Shown here in pieces: positions 20,912 through 33,600 of a stretch of DNA of 64,000 nt. This DNA is from Rhynchopus sp. YZ270_cl-10 (taxonomy: Eukaryota): positions 124,001-188,000 of the forward strand of contig OZ037843.1 of NCBI GenBank assembly GCA_964035575.1. The letters run 5' to 3'. The translations under genes were made by a program, and so were the position numbers. Each line of letters begins with the position of its first letter. Position 1 is the stretch's first letter. Below the pieces are notes generated by a model, which saw only the letters and a list, made by a program, of their open reading frames with translations, had not been told where the DNA came from and ran no database searches.

Positions 20912-23757
20912 TAAGAGGGAAAAGCACCCAGAGAGGGGGAGGGGGGGGGGTTTTGAAAATATTAAAAAAAGGAAGAAACAAAAAACAAAAAGTGTACTTT
21001 GTTGTGGAAAAAAAAATTTTTTGCGCAAAAGACAAGACGCTTACCTTTAGATGGCTGACAGCTTGTCTTCGTTACAGATTTTTGAGGGGGGGAGTTTTTT
21101 TTTTTTTTGAGAGCAAAAAAAAAAAAAAAAAAAATCCGGCAGGGGTGTGGGGGGGGGGGGGGGGGGGGCCATAAAAAAAATGATAAATTCTTATTTTGAA
21201 GAAAGGGTCTACATCATAGCTTACAACCTTTCACTTCATTTTAAAAAAAAAGCGCAAAAAAGAAATGGGAATGTTGAGAACGTTGCCCAACAGAAAATAA
21301 GCTTATTGGTCGTCGTGTCCGTCTTCTTCTTTTATATTAGAGAGCATAAGCAGTTTCAAAAAAATCATAACAAAACAAACAAACAAAAAAACTTTAGTTT
21401 CACATACTTTCGAGGGGAAAGTACAAAAAGAACGTTCTGAATAGATACGTCAAAAATAAAATATAAAAATATAAAAAAAAACAGTACACATAAATGAACA
21501 TCTCTTACTACCGAAGGGTCAACAAACAGATGACTTTTTTTTTTTAAAAAAGACAAAAGTCGCCTTTTTTTTTTTCAACCCTAAACAGTCGACAAAGATC
21601 ACTTATAAAAATAGTTATATTTTCATAAGTGCGTGCATTTAAAAAAAAAACAAAAAAAAAAAAAACTAGAGAGAGGTTATCTAAGATGAAACTCAGCCTC
21701 TTCGTGCTTAGTCACCTAATAAGAACAGGAGGAAATAGAAAATTCCGCGGAATCCAGACCACCAGAATTTTCTGGAAGAGAAGAGACCCCAAGGCGGGAA
21801 AACAGATGGGGCACGTAGCCCTTTGTGTTTCCTGTATCAAAAGGGGTGAGATACCACGTACAATGGTTGTGTGTTTTTTTTTTTTTGAAAACTTGGTTGT
21901 ATTAGTGTAGCCACCCTAAACTCTGGGCCTAGAGTGTGCTCCACTATTTTTTTTTTGTTTTTTCGTCAACCACGTATTTCCCCTAGCTTAGCGAAAAAGG
22001 ATAAATACAGATACTGACCCATTCTAGGATAACAGAAAGCGAGACGGGAAAGAAAAAAAAAAAAAACAACGGTGGGTAAACGGGGTGTGTTGTTGTGTGT
22101 AGTTTAGAGTAGAAATGGGTTTTCGTGCGCCCGCTTTTGTCCAGAATTGAGCCCTCCCACCGTGCTACAAAAAGGTGATTGTTCAAAAACTAAAATAAAA
22201 TATACTGTTGTCATGCACTCCAGACCATCCTGTTTTGCTATTCCACAAAAAAACAAAAAACAACAAAAAAAATAAAATCAAAAACAAAATCAAAAAATAA
22301 AATAACTGAGACATGAGGAATCCTCAATGTCCAGTCATCTATTAAATGGGAAAAAGAAACAAGGAAAAAAGTTGTGAAGAAGGGATAAAGAGAACAGGAG
22401 AGAGAGGAGAGGAAGAAATAACGGTACTCAATTATGCTAAAAACAAAAAACAAAAACAATAAACAATAAAAATACAGACATAAACAGAATCCAGAAAAGG
22501 ATAAAAAAAAATGGACTCTTTTCATTTTATTTTAGTTTATTTTTTAATTATTTTGAAAACTTGGTCAGTGTAGACACCCAAGGATGCTCCACTGTACTAT
22601 ATATTCAGGCGGATATAAGATCGATTTTTTTTTTAACACCCTCTATCTTCTCCTGACATATTTGGCTGTTTCAGTTGCGCCTCCAAAATTTGTCATAAAA
22701 AAACAAAATAAAATTGTGAGAAATAAAAAAGGGCCATTTCTAAAACTTTGTTTTCGTTTTTTGTTTTTCCCCCCTTTTTTTAGAGTACCACCAGACACAG
22801 CACACACACGGCCTTATCCCTAAAAAAGTGTGTAATGACACAAAAAAAAATAAAAAAAATTTAGGGTTCCTCTCTCTGTTCTGTCGCCTCCGTTTTTATA
22901 TATAAGTGAGTTTTTTTTTTTTAGTTTTTTTGAAAACTTGGTTGTATTAGTGTAGCCACCCTAGAGTGTGCTCCACTATACAAATAGTTTTTTTTTTAGT
23001 TTACAAGGGGAAAGGGGGGTTCTTTTTGGTACACAATTTCCTACCAAATTGGGTAGGTGTGTTGCCAACTCTTTTTTAGAAGGGTGCCTATAAGGGAAAT
23101 CCTTCTGGGGGAGCTGAAACCATCAAGAAAGAGAGGGGGAAAAAAAACTCATAAAAATAAACGTTTTGTGTGGGGTGGAGGAGGGGAGGGGGGCATTTTC
23201 TTTTCTTTCGTCATGAGATTATTAATGTTTTTTTTTTGCCAAATAAAAAAGAAAAGTTTTTATACGATGAAAAAACCTAAGCCTCTCGAGTCGCTTAGTC
23301 ACCTTAAAAAAAGAAATACCCGTCCCACCCCACCCCCCAAGAAAGAGAAATCCATCCTTTTCGTGAAGAGAAGGAAAGAAGGGAAAAGAAAAAAAAAGAA
23401 AAAAAAAAATCAACAACGGGAATAAAAGTACTGCTCTAGATGACTCTTCATGTTTCTAGTAAGCCTCTCCTTTTTATAGTCACCTTTTGAAAAGAAGAAA
23501 AAAAAAAAACTTGAAAAAAAAAAAGTAAAACATGAGCACCCAAAGACAGAGTGCACACATCTCGGAAATCAAGCCGGGATATATCGTTGTTTATGTGTGT
23601 GTTGGGAGGGGGGGGTTTTTTTGTAGTTTCGACAATCACCTATCCGAGGATGGGTTCGGTGTTTTTTTTTTTTTGGGTTTTTTTGTTGTTTTCAAAAAAT
23701 TTTGCTATCAATTTTTTTTTCGTTTGGGGGAATGCACTGGACCAGAACAATGGGGGG

Positions 23758-24090
23758 TTTGAAAATGTTTTTTGTATGTTTTGAAAGTGCTTTGTGCTCT
23801 GTTTAATTTTGCTTGATAGTTTTGTAGACGTGGAGTTGGAGAGGAAGGGCGCGTTACTTTGTATGAGATTACGACTTATCCTCTTTCTCAGCCACTGTCA
23901 AATATCCTTGTTATTTGTTTGTTTATTTGCTTGTCTTCGTTGAAAGAAACGAAAACAGAAAAAAAAAAAAAAAAAAAAAAAAAAGGGGGGTTGAAAAAAG
24001 AGGGTACAGCCAGTACACCTTCCCTCAGGGTGTAGCAGGGCTGTTTCTGGGCTGACTCTTAAAAGAAAAGCAGTAAAGATGGAGATGAAG

Positions 24091-24125
<35 letters not shown>

Positions 24126-24224
24126 GAAAAATGTTTTGGTTTGTTGCAAGTTTCGGCCGCTAATCCTCTGACTTGCGAAAAATGAACCTCATGCGGCCAG
24201 GGTCCGAGGACCCTCCTCAGTCAT
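23758..24224. mobile_element. 467-bp insertion bounded by a 15-bp direct repeat (retroposon-like or duplication-mediated)
   Basis: CAGAACAATGGGGGG at 23743-23757 and 24225-24239; the homologous site in array units 2 and 3 (~43126, ~62849) is empty with a single copy. Confidence 0.7.
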
Positions 24225-24674
24225 CAGAACAATGGGGGGGAAGACATAAGAGGAGTGGCTGCGCGCAAAAAAGAAGAAAAAAAAGAAAAAAACAGGGAAG
24301 TGGAGAAGTGGATGATTGGGCTAAGGGGGAAGATGTGGGAGAGTAGAGGGGGAGGGAAACAATCGGAGGAATGGATTCGTTCTCCTGTGAAAAGAAAAAA
24401 AAAATATAACCAAAAAGACAAAAATAGCTGAAAATAAAAAGACCAATAATATATAACTACAAACCCTTCCTTAGGGACGAAGGCGGGACCCGATCTCACA
24501 CGTTTTGAAAAAATCCGAGAAGGAAAAAAAAAAAAGAGAGAGAAGAAAACGTTAGATGAACAGACATCTTGCAAAATGCTTATAGAGATTTTTTTTAAAT
24601 CACCGGTTTGCCTTTTTTTCTTCTCTCTCTCTCTCTCTTATTTTTCTGAAATAACCCCCAAAAAAAAAAATGTC

Positions 24675-27600
24675 TTAAATCTCGTCATCTTTTCTGTTGG
24701 ACATTTCTTCGTCCAACAGAGGCTCGCTCATTTGCTGTTCGGGGCTGTCCTTGACAAGCTCTGCGTCGTTCGTGTCAGCTTCGAAGTGCTTGTTCCACTT
24801 CTCGTCGTCGGCCTCGTTCTGGTTCTGGCGGCGCTTGCAGAGGAGGAAGGCGAGGAGGAGGCAACAGCAGCAGAGCAGCAGAAGGAGGGGAAGCAGCCAG
24901 CAGAGGATGCAGTCGTCGTCATCATCGCTGTCGCCGTCAATGGAGCCAGCGTTGCGTGTGATGTTCGTCGCGTTCTCACCCTCGGCGAAGCAAACTGCCG
25001 ACTGCATTTGTCCGTTCTCACCGTGCATCGGCGCCACACACTGGCACACCCAGTCACCCTCCTTCGACTGGTCGGGGTCCACACACGTCTGTCCCTCTGC
25101 CACGCACACACCAGACACAGCCTCGTCGGCGCACTCTCCAGTGTATGTGCAGGTGCTCTTTGCTCCAGTCGCCTCACCCACTGCAGGTGGCGGGCAACGG
25201 CACACCCAGGTGCCAGTGGCGGTCTTGTCGCTGTCGATGCACTGTGGGGGTTTTGGATGTAGGGGGGGGTAAAGGTTGGCAGAGGGGCAGGTGGAAGTGA
25301 ATAGTGGGGTGGGTGGAACACAATACCTGCTGGCCCGCGTCAGTGCAGACAGTGGCCACGAGTGTGTCAACACATTCATCCAGAAGGCAGGCGGCGGCAG
25401 AGGTCTGTGCCTTGCCCTCAGACGGCGCGGCACACACACAGGTCCAGTCGTTCATGCTTGCTTCGGTCGTGACAGGGTCAACACAGGTCTGACTTGCGCT
25501 GGTGCAGACCATCTGGTTGGCAGGCATGGAGCACTCATCGACAACTGTAGGTGGTGAGGTAGGCGGGAGGGGAGGGAGGGGAGGGACATACTGCATGTGG
25601 CACGCGATGCGACAGCCACGTCGCCAGTGGCAGGGGCGATGCACTCGCAACGCCAGTCGCCAGTCGAGTCCGACGTGGTGACAGGGTCGATGCAGCGCTG
25701 TGCACCGTTGCCCTCACAGGCGAATCCATTTCCGTCGCCCTTGTCTGCGCACAGCGGGCACACCACGGAGCACTCGTCCAGCACACACACGGCAGGGCCC
25801 TGTGCACCCTCAGTCTTCGTCGTCGCGGGCTCAGAGCAGCGGCACTCCCAGTCGTCTGTCGAGCCTGCCTCTGGGTTCGGGTCGAAGCAGTGCTGTCCCG
25901 CAAGACATTTGTCCTTGTGGTCCACACACTCGCCGACAGGGTCTGTGGGGGTGGGTGTGGGTGTGAAAGTAGCAATATGGTGAAGATGTTTGTTTCTTTA
26001 GAAAGGCTGAACAGGGACAGCAAGAGGACGTAGGTGAACCAGCCATGCCAGCCAAAGGAAGAGGGAGGGAGGAGGGGAGAGGGAGGAGGGGGAACATACT
26101 GCACACGGCAACGGCACCCCTTGCGGTCTCGTTGGTTCCCGGGCACACACACTCCCAGTCGTTGAGGCTGTCCGGTGCGGTGTTAGTGTCTCTGCATGTC
26201 TGCCCTGCGTCCATGCACGTTGTGACGTTGACGCACTCGTTGTGCTCGCACAGCGGCACCGGTGCAAGGGCCTGCTTGCCCTCGGAGGAGGGGCAGCGGC
26301 ACTCCCAGTTGCCGAGGAGGCTGGGTGTGGTGTCGAGGTCGACGCAGATCTGGTTCTTCTCAGCACAGACGTTGTTGTACGCGACGGCAGGCGCGCCGAC
26401 AGGGGCAGGGGTCAGGACAGAGGTGCACGTCTGACGCTCACGGATCTGTGCGCGGCATGTGTCGATACCCTTGTTCCAGTCACTGTCAGCAACGAAGCAC
26501 CAGTCGCCAGTCACAGCACGCTCAGGGTTGCAGCAAGCAGTGTTGCAAGGCTCAGAGAAGCCAGGGCCCGTGCCCAGAAGGCCTCCACCGACAAGGCTCG
26601 CCTGCCAGCCGCAGGCACACTCGCAGCCCTCAGTGGTGTAGCGGCGGAAGTGGCCGCACTGGCGTGCACCGGTGTTGGTCACAGCCTCGCACTCATCGAT
26701 AGTGCAGGATGCAACCGGCATCGCCACGGCAGTGGCAGTGGCAGGTGCCTGGCAGACGCACATCCAGTCAGAGAGGCTTGAGGCAGAGAAGTTGGGGTCA
26801 ACGCAGTCCTGGCCTTCTCCTGCACAGACGTTGACGGACTCCTGGCTCGTACGTGCGCAGGTTGGGCAGATGTCGGTGCACTCGTTGACAGTGCAGACTG
26901 TAGCGGCCTTGCTCCCGGTCTCTCCGTGGAAGGGTGCAATGCATGCACAGCGCCAGTCAGAGGACTCGCCGGTCTCACCAGGGACACACTTCTGACCAGC
27001 GGAGGCACAGACCTGCTGGTTCGCGCTGTCGGCGCACCCGCCTGTGTATGTGCACGTCGCAACACCGCCAATCATGCTGCCCACAGCGCCCTCGGGGCAG
27101 AGGCACGACCAGTCGCCGAGGCTCGTGGGGGACGTGCTCTGGTCAATGCAGATCTGGCCGACAGCTGCGCAGACAGTCGACTTCGTGTCGCACTCATCCA
27201 GCAGGCAGGACGCAGTTCCTCCCGTGGACGCACCAGAGGCAGGCGCAAGGCAGACACACATCCAGTCCCCCATGGACGACGAGTCCTGGTTCGGGTCCTC
27301 GCACATCTGTCCCACAGCCTCGCACGCCACAGCGTGCACAACACACTCGTCCACGTCGCACACAGCGGCAGCGCCCACAGCAGATCCCGTACCCTGCTGG
27401 CAGACGCACGACCAGTCACCCACGCTCTCGGGGCTGGTGTCCTTGTCCACGCAGCTTTGGTCTCCACAGGTGTGGGTCATGCCCTGCTGCGCGCAGGTGT
27501 CGCAGCGTGCCACACACTCGTCAAGCACGCACACGGCAGGCCCGTTCAGTGCCTCACCCACAAGCGGCGTGTTGCACTCGCAGTACCAAGCATTGTCCTT

Positions 27601-30600
27601 CTCCTTGCACAGCTGCTGCGGTCCGCATGCGGCACCGTTGGTCACACACAGCGTCGAGACAGTGCACATGTCAGCGGGCTTCGCAATCGCACTGCCCTCG
27701 CTCGGGTCCTCGCACTGGCACACCCAGTTGCCGAGGGAGTCGACGTCCTGCTTCGAGTCCACACAACGCTGGCCTGCCGCAGAGCAGATCGTGTTGCCGT
27801 TGTCCTGGCCGTTGTTCCACTCCTTCGGCACAATGCACTCATCGATGAGACACTTCGCCGCCTCGCCCACACCAGACTTCCCGGTGTACGGCCACGCGCA
27901 CTGGCATTCCCACGAGCCCAGCAGTGAGAGGTCGTCATCGACACACATCTGCGAGTTCTTGCCCGCAGTGATCACACCAGAGCACACGTTCGCGTTCTCG
28001 AGGATCGTGCACTCGTCGATCGGGCACACTGCCGCAGCCGCACGCTGGGTACCAAGGCCGGGCGCCTTGCACTTGCACCACCAGTCTCCGGTGCTGATGG
28101 GGTCCTTGTTCGCGTCCTCGCAGTCCTGGCCCGCGGAGAGGCAAGCGTGCTTGCTGGATCCGGGGAGCATCGCGCACGTTGCGCATGGCACCGTGCACTC
28201 GTCGAGCTCGCAGGTGGCGGGGGCAGTCTTCTTGGGAGTGCCGGTCTGGGGGCTGACGCACACGCAGGTCCAGTCTCCGGGTGTCTCGACGTTGGGGTCG
28301 ACGCAGGTCTGTCCCATGTTGGTGCAGATGTCGGAGTTGCTCTTGTCATCGCACTCACCAACGAACGCGCACACGGCAACTCCAGCCACGGCGGTACCTG
28401 TGGAAGGTGCGGGGCAGCTGCACGACCAGTCGCCGGTGGACTCAGCAGCCAAGTTGTCATCGAAACAGGTCTGTCCCGCGGACTGGCACTGCTTGCCGTG
28501 CACGACACACTCGTCGTAGGTGCAGACGGCAACTCCATTCACGACCTTGCCCACGTAAGGTGTGTGGCACTCGCAGTACCAGTCACCCTCGGTGGTGGTG
28601 TCAGGGTCGACGCACGCCTGCTCAGCCTTCTCGCACACGGAGCCGGCGGCGGTGTCACACTCGTTCGTAGTGCACACGGCCACAGCACCCTTGGCGCTCA
28701 CAGTGCTGCCGACACACTGGCACTCCCAGTCCTTGGTCGACGTCGGGGACGTGCTGCCCTCAACACAGACCTGCGCAGGGCCGCTTGCCGCCTCGCACAC
28801 TGTCTTGCTTCCTCCAGCGGTTCTGGCGCACGTCACACACGTCGCAAGGCACTCGTCAAGGATGCAGTTCAACGAGTCGGCAGGGAAGTCGGAGGTGAAG
28901 GGCATCTCGGGTCCGGTCTGGGGCATCACACACTCGCAACGTCCCTGGGTGCCCTTGGGCACGCACATCTGTCCACGGGCAGTGCAGGTGCTTCCGTAGG
29001 TCTGGCACCAGGAGCCGCCAGGGCATGTTGCAGGTGCACCAGTGGTGCCGCGCTCGGTGGGGGTCTCGGGGCAGACGCACATCCAGTCGTTCTTGGAGGT
29101 GATGTCGGTGTTGGGGTCGACGCAGAGCTGGCCTGCGGCAGTGCAGATGGAGGCCTTGGTCGTCTCCAGGCATTCGTCCCAGAGGCAGTTCGCCACACGG
29201 CCGGTCGCCGTCCCGACTGAGGGAGACGGGCACTCGCAGCGCCAGTCGCCTGTCACAGAGGTGTTCGCGTCGAGGCAGGACTGGCCAGCAACGCCGCAGA
29301 CGCCTTCGTTGAGACCACCGTTCGCCTCGCATTCGTCAACCATGCACTGCACAACAGCGGCGGCGGTGGCAGACCCAGTGAGGCCTGTCGGGCAGACACA
29401 GCGCCAGTCCTTCACGTCCGACGGGGAGAGCGACGTCTCCTCACAGCGCTGCTTGTTCTGCTCGCAGACGTTTCCGGCGCCCTTGTCGGCGCAGGTCGCG
29501 CACTGTGAGGTGCACTCGTCCAGCTGGCACAGCGCAGGTCCTCCCGTTGTGCTGACGCCCGAGGACGGCTCGACACACTGGCACACCCAGTCACCCACAA
29601 CCATGACATCCGGGTCGTAGCAGGTCTGGCCAACCTGGGTGCACACCTTTGCGTTCTCTGCGCATTCGCCAGTCCAGTCGCAGGTGGCGGTCGACATGGC
29701 AGCCTCACCAGACGCGCCCTTCGGGCAGATGCACTTCCAGTCGCCGACAGACCCGCTCTCGGTGTTGGTGTCGAAGCAGGTCTGGCCCACAGAGGCGCAG
29801 ACGTTGACGTCCGTGCACTCGTCGGTGATGCAGACAGCAGGCTTGCCGGCAGCAGACTCGCCGAAGGAAGGGGCGTTGCACTCGCAGCGCCAGTCGCCCT
29901 GGCTCTTGGCAGCCTTGCTCGAGTCGACGCAGGTCTGTCCAGCACCGCACACAGCAGCAGCGGCAGCAGCAGCAGCACCAGCAGGCGGCGCAACACACAT
30001 CTGGATGCGCTCCTGGAGCGTGCCGTCCACGGGGCAGCCCTTCTTGCGGTTGTCCTCGCTGTCCTCAATGATGCAGTAGGCTCCTGCCTGCGTTGTGGGG
30101 TTGCAGCATCCTGCCGTGCACGGCGAGTCCACACCTGGTCCCGACCCGACGACGAGGGCGAGCAGGGGCTCCTGCCAGTTGCATTTGCAGGCACAGCCGT
30201 TAACAGTCTCACGGGGCACCTGCTCGCAGCCTACGGCACCGAAGTTGGTGACCTCGGCACACTCATCCATCTCGCAGACGGCCACAGCACGTGTCGCCAT
30301 GGCACCACCGCCAGGGCAGGAGCACATCCAGTCGCCTGTAGAGGTGGCGGTCGTGACCGGGTCAGTGCAGCCCTGTCCTGCCTGCGTGCAGAGGTTTCCG
30401 GCACCCTTGTTCGCGCACGTGTCGCACACCTGTGTGCACTCGTCAAGAACGCAGTCCGCAGCCTTGCGCACAGAGAAGATGTCGCCCGCAGCGCAGTGGC
30501 ACTCCCAGTCGCCCGTCGAGGTCGGCGTCGGCTTGGGGTCGATGCAGACCTGTCCCGCGGTGTTGCAGATGTTGAAGTTCTCCTGGATGTTGCACTCGTT

Positions 30601-33600
30601 CAGAATACACTGCGCAGGCACGCCCTTGCCAGTACCAGTCTGTCCAACCGGGCAGGTGCACAGGAAGTCTCCCGTCGAGGTTGGGTCCATGTCAGGGTCG
30701 CTGCAGGTCTGTCCCTCCCCGCAGACAGGGTCCTGCGTGTCCAGACGCACACACTCGTCCACACGGCAGACAGGGATCGCGAGGGTGCGGTTCCCAGTGG
30801 CAGGCGGCTTGCAGATGCACATCCAGTCGCTGCGCGAGCGGACGTCCTGGTTCGGGTCGTGGCACAGCGTGTTGGTGGCGGTGCAGGCGTTGCCCTGGCC
30901 GTTGCCGCTGTCCGCACAGGAGATGCAGACCTCGGCACACTCGTCGAGCATGCACGACGCGATGGCGGCAGTCTCCTGGCCGGCCTGGCCAGAGGGGCAG
31001 CGGCAGATCCAGTCGTGGAGCGAAGAGGCGTCGGTGTTGGGGTCAACGCAGAGCTGTCCGGCAGCTGCGCACATGCCACCCTCGCAGGTGGAGCAGGTGG
31101 CGGAGCACTCGTCCAGAGTGCAGGTAGTGATGCCCATGACGGTCACGGTGCCGGTTGCAGGTGGGAGGCACTCGCACTGCCAGTTGCCCTGCTCAGAGGT
31201 GTCCGGGTCGACGCAGACCTGGCCCGCAGCAGTGCACAGGGCGTTCACGACAGCGTCCGCGCACTCGCTTGTGGGGGGCGGGGTGCACACAGCAGTGCTC
31301 GCAACAGCAGAGGCGGTGACGCCTGCGTTGGGCGCGCAGTGGCACTCCCAGTCGCCAGTGCTCGTCTCGGTCGTGGCGGGGTCCTCGCAGACCTGTCCTG
31401 CGTTGTGGCAAGTCTGCTCGTTCGTCACACACTCGTCCAGGACGCATGTCGTCGCACCGGCAACAGTGCTTCCCACAGCAGGCGGCGTGCACACGCACTC
31501 CCAGTCCCCCTCGGTCGTGAAGCCCTTGTCAACGCAGGTCTGGCCGGTGGGGCATTTATCGCTGTTGGTCGCATCCAAGCACTCATCGGTCTCGCACACA
31601 GCAGGGTTGCCGATGGCCACCTGGGTCGATCCCGGGCACTGGCAGGCCCAGTCGCCAAGGCTTGTGTAATCGGTGTTGCTGTCGATGCAGGTCTGTCCCG
31701 CCTTCACACAGACGTTGTCCTCGTTCTCGACCGTGACAGCCGTGCCTGGGAGGAACACCTTGCACTCATCAATGGAGCAGTCTGCAGCGCCCGTGGTACG
31801 GGTTACCTTCTGGTTCGGAGGAGGGCAGGTGCACTTCCAGTGTCCGTCAATCGTCTTCTCGATGTCCTCACAGGTCTGGCCAGCACCGACGCAAGTGTCC
31901 CCGTAGAGCGTGCACTCGTCGACCTCGCACACAGCAGGCTTGGCAGTCGCAGAGCCCGTGGCAGGTGCTGTGCAGAAGCACTGCCAGTCCGAAAGCGAGG
32001 AGCCGTCCTGGTTAGGGTCAAGGCAGGTCTGGCCGACCAGCTCGCACTCAGATTTGTGGATGACACACTCGTCGACCTTGCACCTCGCTGCGTTCGCAGT
32101 GGCAGAGCCGACGGCAGGTGTCTGGCACACACAGCGCCAGTCGCCCTCAATCGCGGTGTTGTCGTCTACACAGTCCTGTCCGGCGCCAGAGCACGTAGAC
32201 CTGTGTGTCTTGCACTCATCCGTCACACACGTGGCTGCAGCAGCACGCTGGACACCAGAGGCAGGCTCGATGCAGCGGCACTCCCATGAGCTGAGACCTG
32301 TGATGGGGTTCTTGTCGGCGTCCACGCACGTCTGCTTCGCGTCCGAGCACGTCGTGCCTGCGCACGTCGCGCACTGTGCAGTGCACTCGTCCAGCACGCA
32401 GACAGCGGCACCGCCGACCACGGGTGCACCAGTGGCAGGCACAACGCAGAGGCAGCTCCAGTCGCCCGCGGTCGCGGTGTCGGGGTCGTTGCAGATCTGC
32501 CCCTTGGAGGTGCACACGTCGCTGTTCGTCAGGTCATCGCATTCGCCAACCATCACACACTCCGCTGGCGCCTGGTTCCCTACGGCGTTCTGGTGCAGCG
32601 GTGGGGAGCACTGGCAGACCCAGTTGTTGAGGCTGGTCTCCCTCTTGTCCTCGTCAAGGCAGACCTGTCCGATGTTCGAGCACACGTGCCCGTGGGTCTT
32701 GCACTCATCGACAATGCAGACAGCTGGGCCCTTTGTTTCCTTCCCGCTCGCAGGGTCCTGGCAGTGGCACTCCCAGTCGCTGAGGCTGTCCGGGCTGGTG
32801 TTGGGGTCGATGCACGTCTGGCTGCTGGCGGCACAGACGAATCTCGCACGGTCGCACTCGTCAACAGCGCAGACGGCCGCCTTCCCGACGGAGACCTGCG
32901 TGGAGGGTGCGGGGCAGCGGCACTCCCAGTCCCAGAGGGAGGATGCCTTCGGGTTCGGGTCGTAGCAGGTCTGGCCGGCAGCCTTGCATGCGTTGTTCGA
33001 GCAGGAGACGCAGGTCGACACACACTCGTCCATGAGACAGACAGCCGCAGTCTTCACACCCGTGCCGGTCGACGGTGGGGCGCACACACACTGCCAGGTG
33101 TCGGTCGTGGTCAGGTCGGAGTCAAGGCACGTCTGTGCGGGGACGGCCTGCTCGCACACGGCTCTGTTGTCGACACACTCGTCCACCTCGCAGACTGCCG
33201 CACCCAGCTTCTTGACGTTGGAGGATGGGGGCGGGCAGACGCACTGCCACGTGTTGAGTGTGCTCACATCGGAGTCCACGCAGGTCTGCATCGCAAGCTT
33301 GCACTCGTCTCCGTGGATGAGGCACTCGTTGGTCGTGCACGTCGCCACACCACCTGTCTTCGAGCCCTGGTCCGGCGCCACACAGAGACAGTCAAAGTCG
33401 CCAGTGGTCGAGAGGTGCGAGTCGTGGCACACCTGCCCCGCGTCCGTGCAGATCTTGCCGTTCGGGGAGGTCGCGCCTGTGAGCACGTCGACGCACTCGT
33501 CTGCGCTGCACACAGCCGCGTTGCCCTGCTGCATGATGTGCTGGAACGGGGCCGGGCACCTGCACGACCAGTCGTTCGTCTGCCACGGGTCGGTGTTGGT

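Noticed and set aside
15866..22980. CRISPR-like array from the recurring 50-bp repeats
   Set aside because: Irregular kb-scale spacing, degenerate repeats, eukaryotic context and no cas genes
13500..23700. Numerous Lys/Phe-rich short ORFs
   Set aside because: Products of poly-A/poly-T runs
24675..25925. Separate 254-, 158- and 157-aa ORFs as independent genes
   Set aside because: They are downstream exons of the giant gene, joined by GT-AG introns
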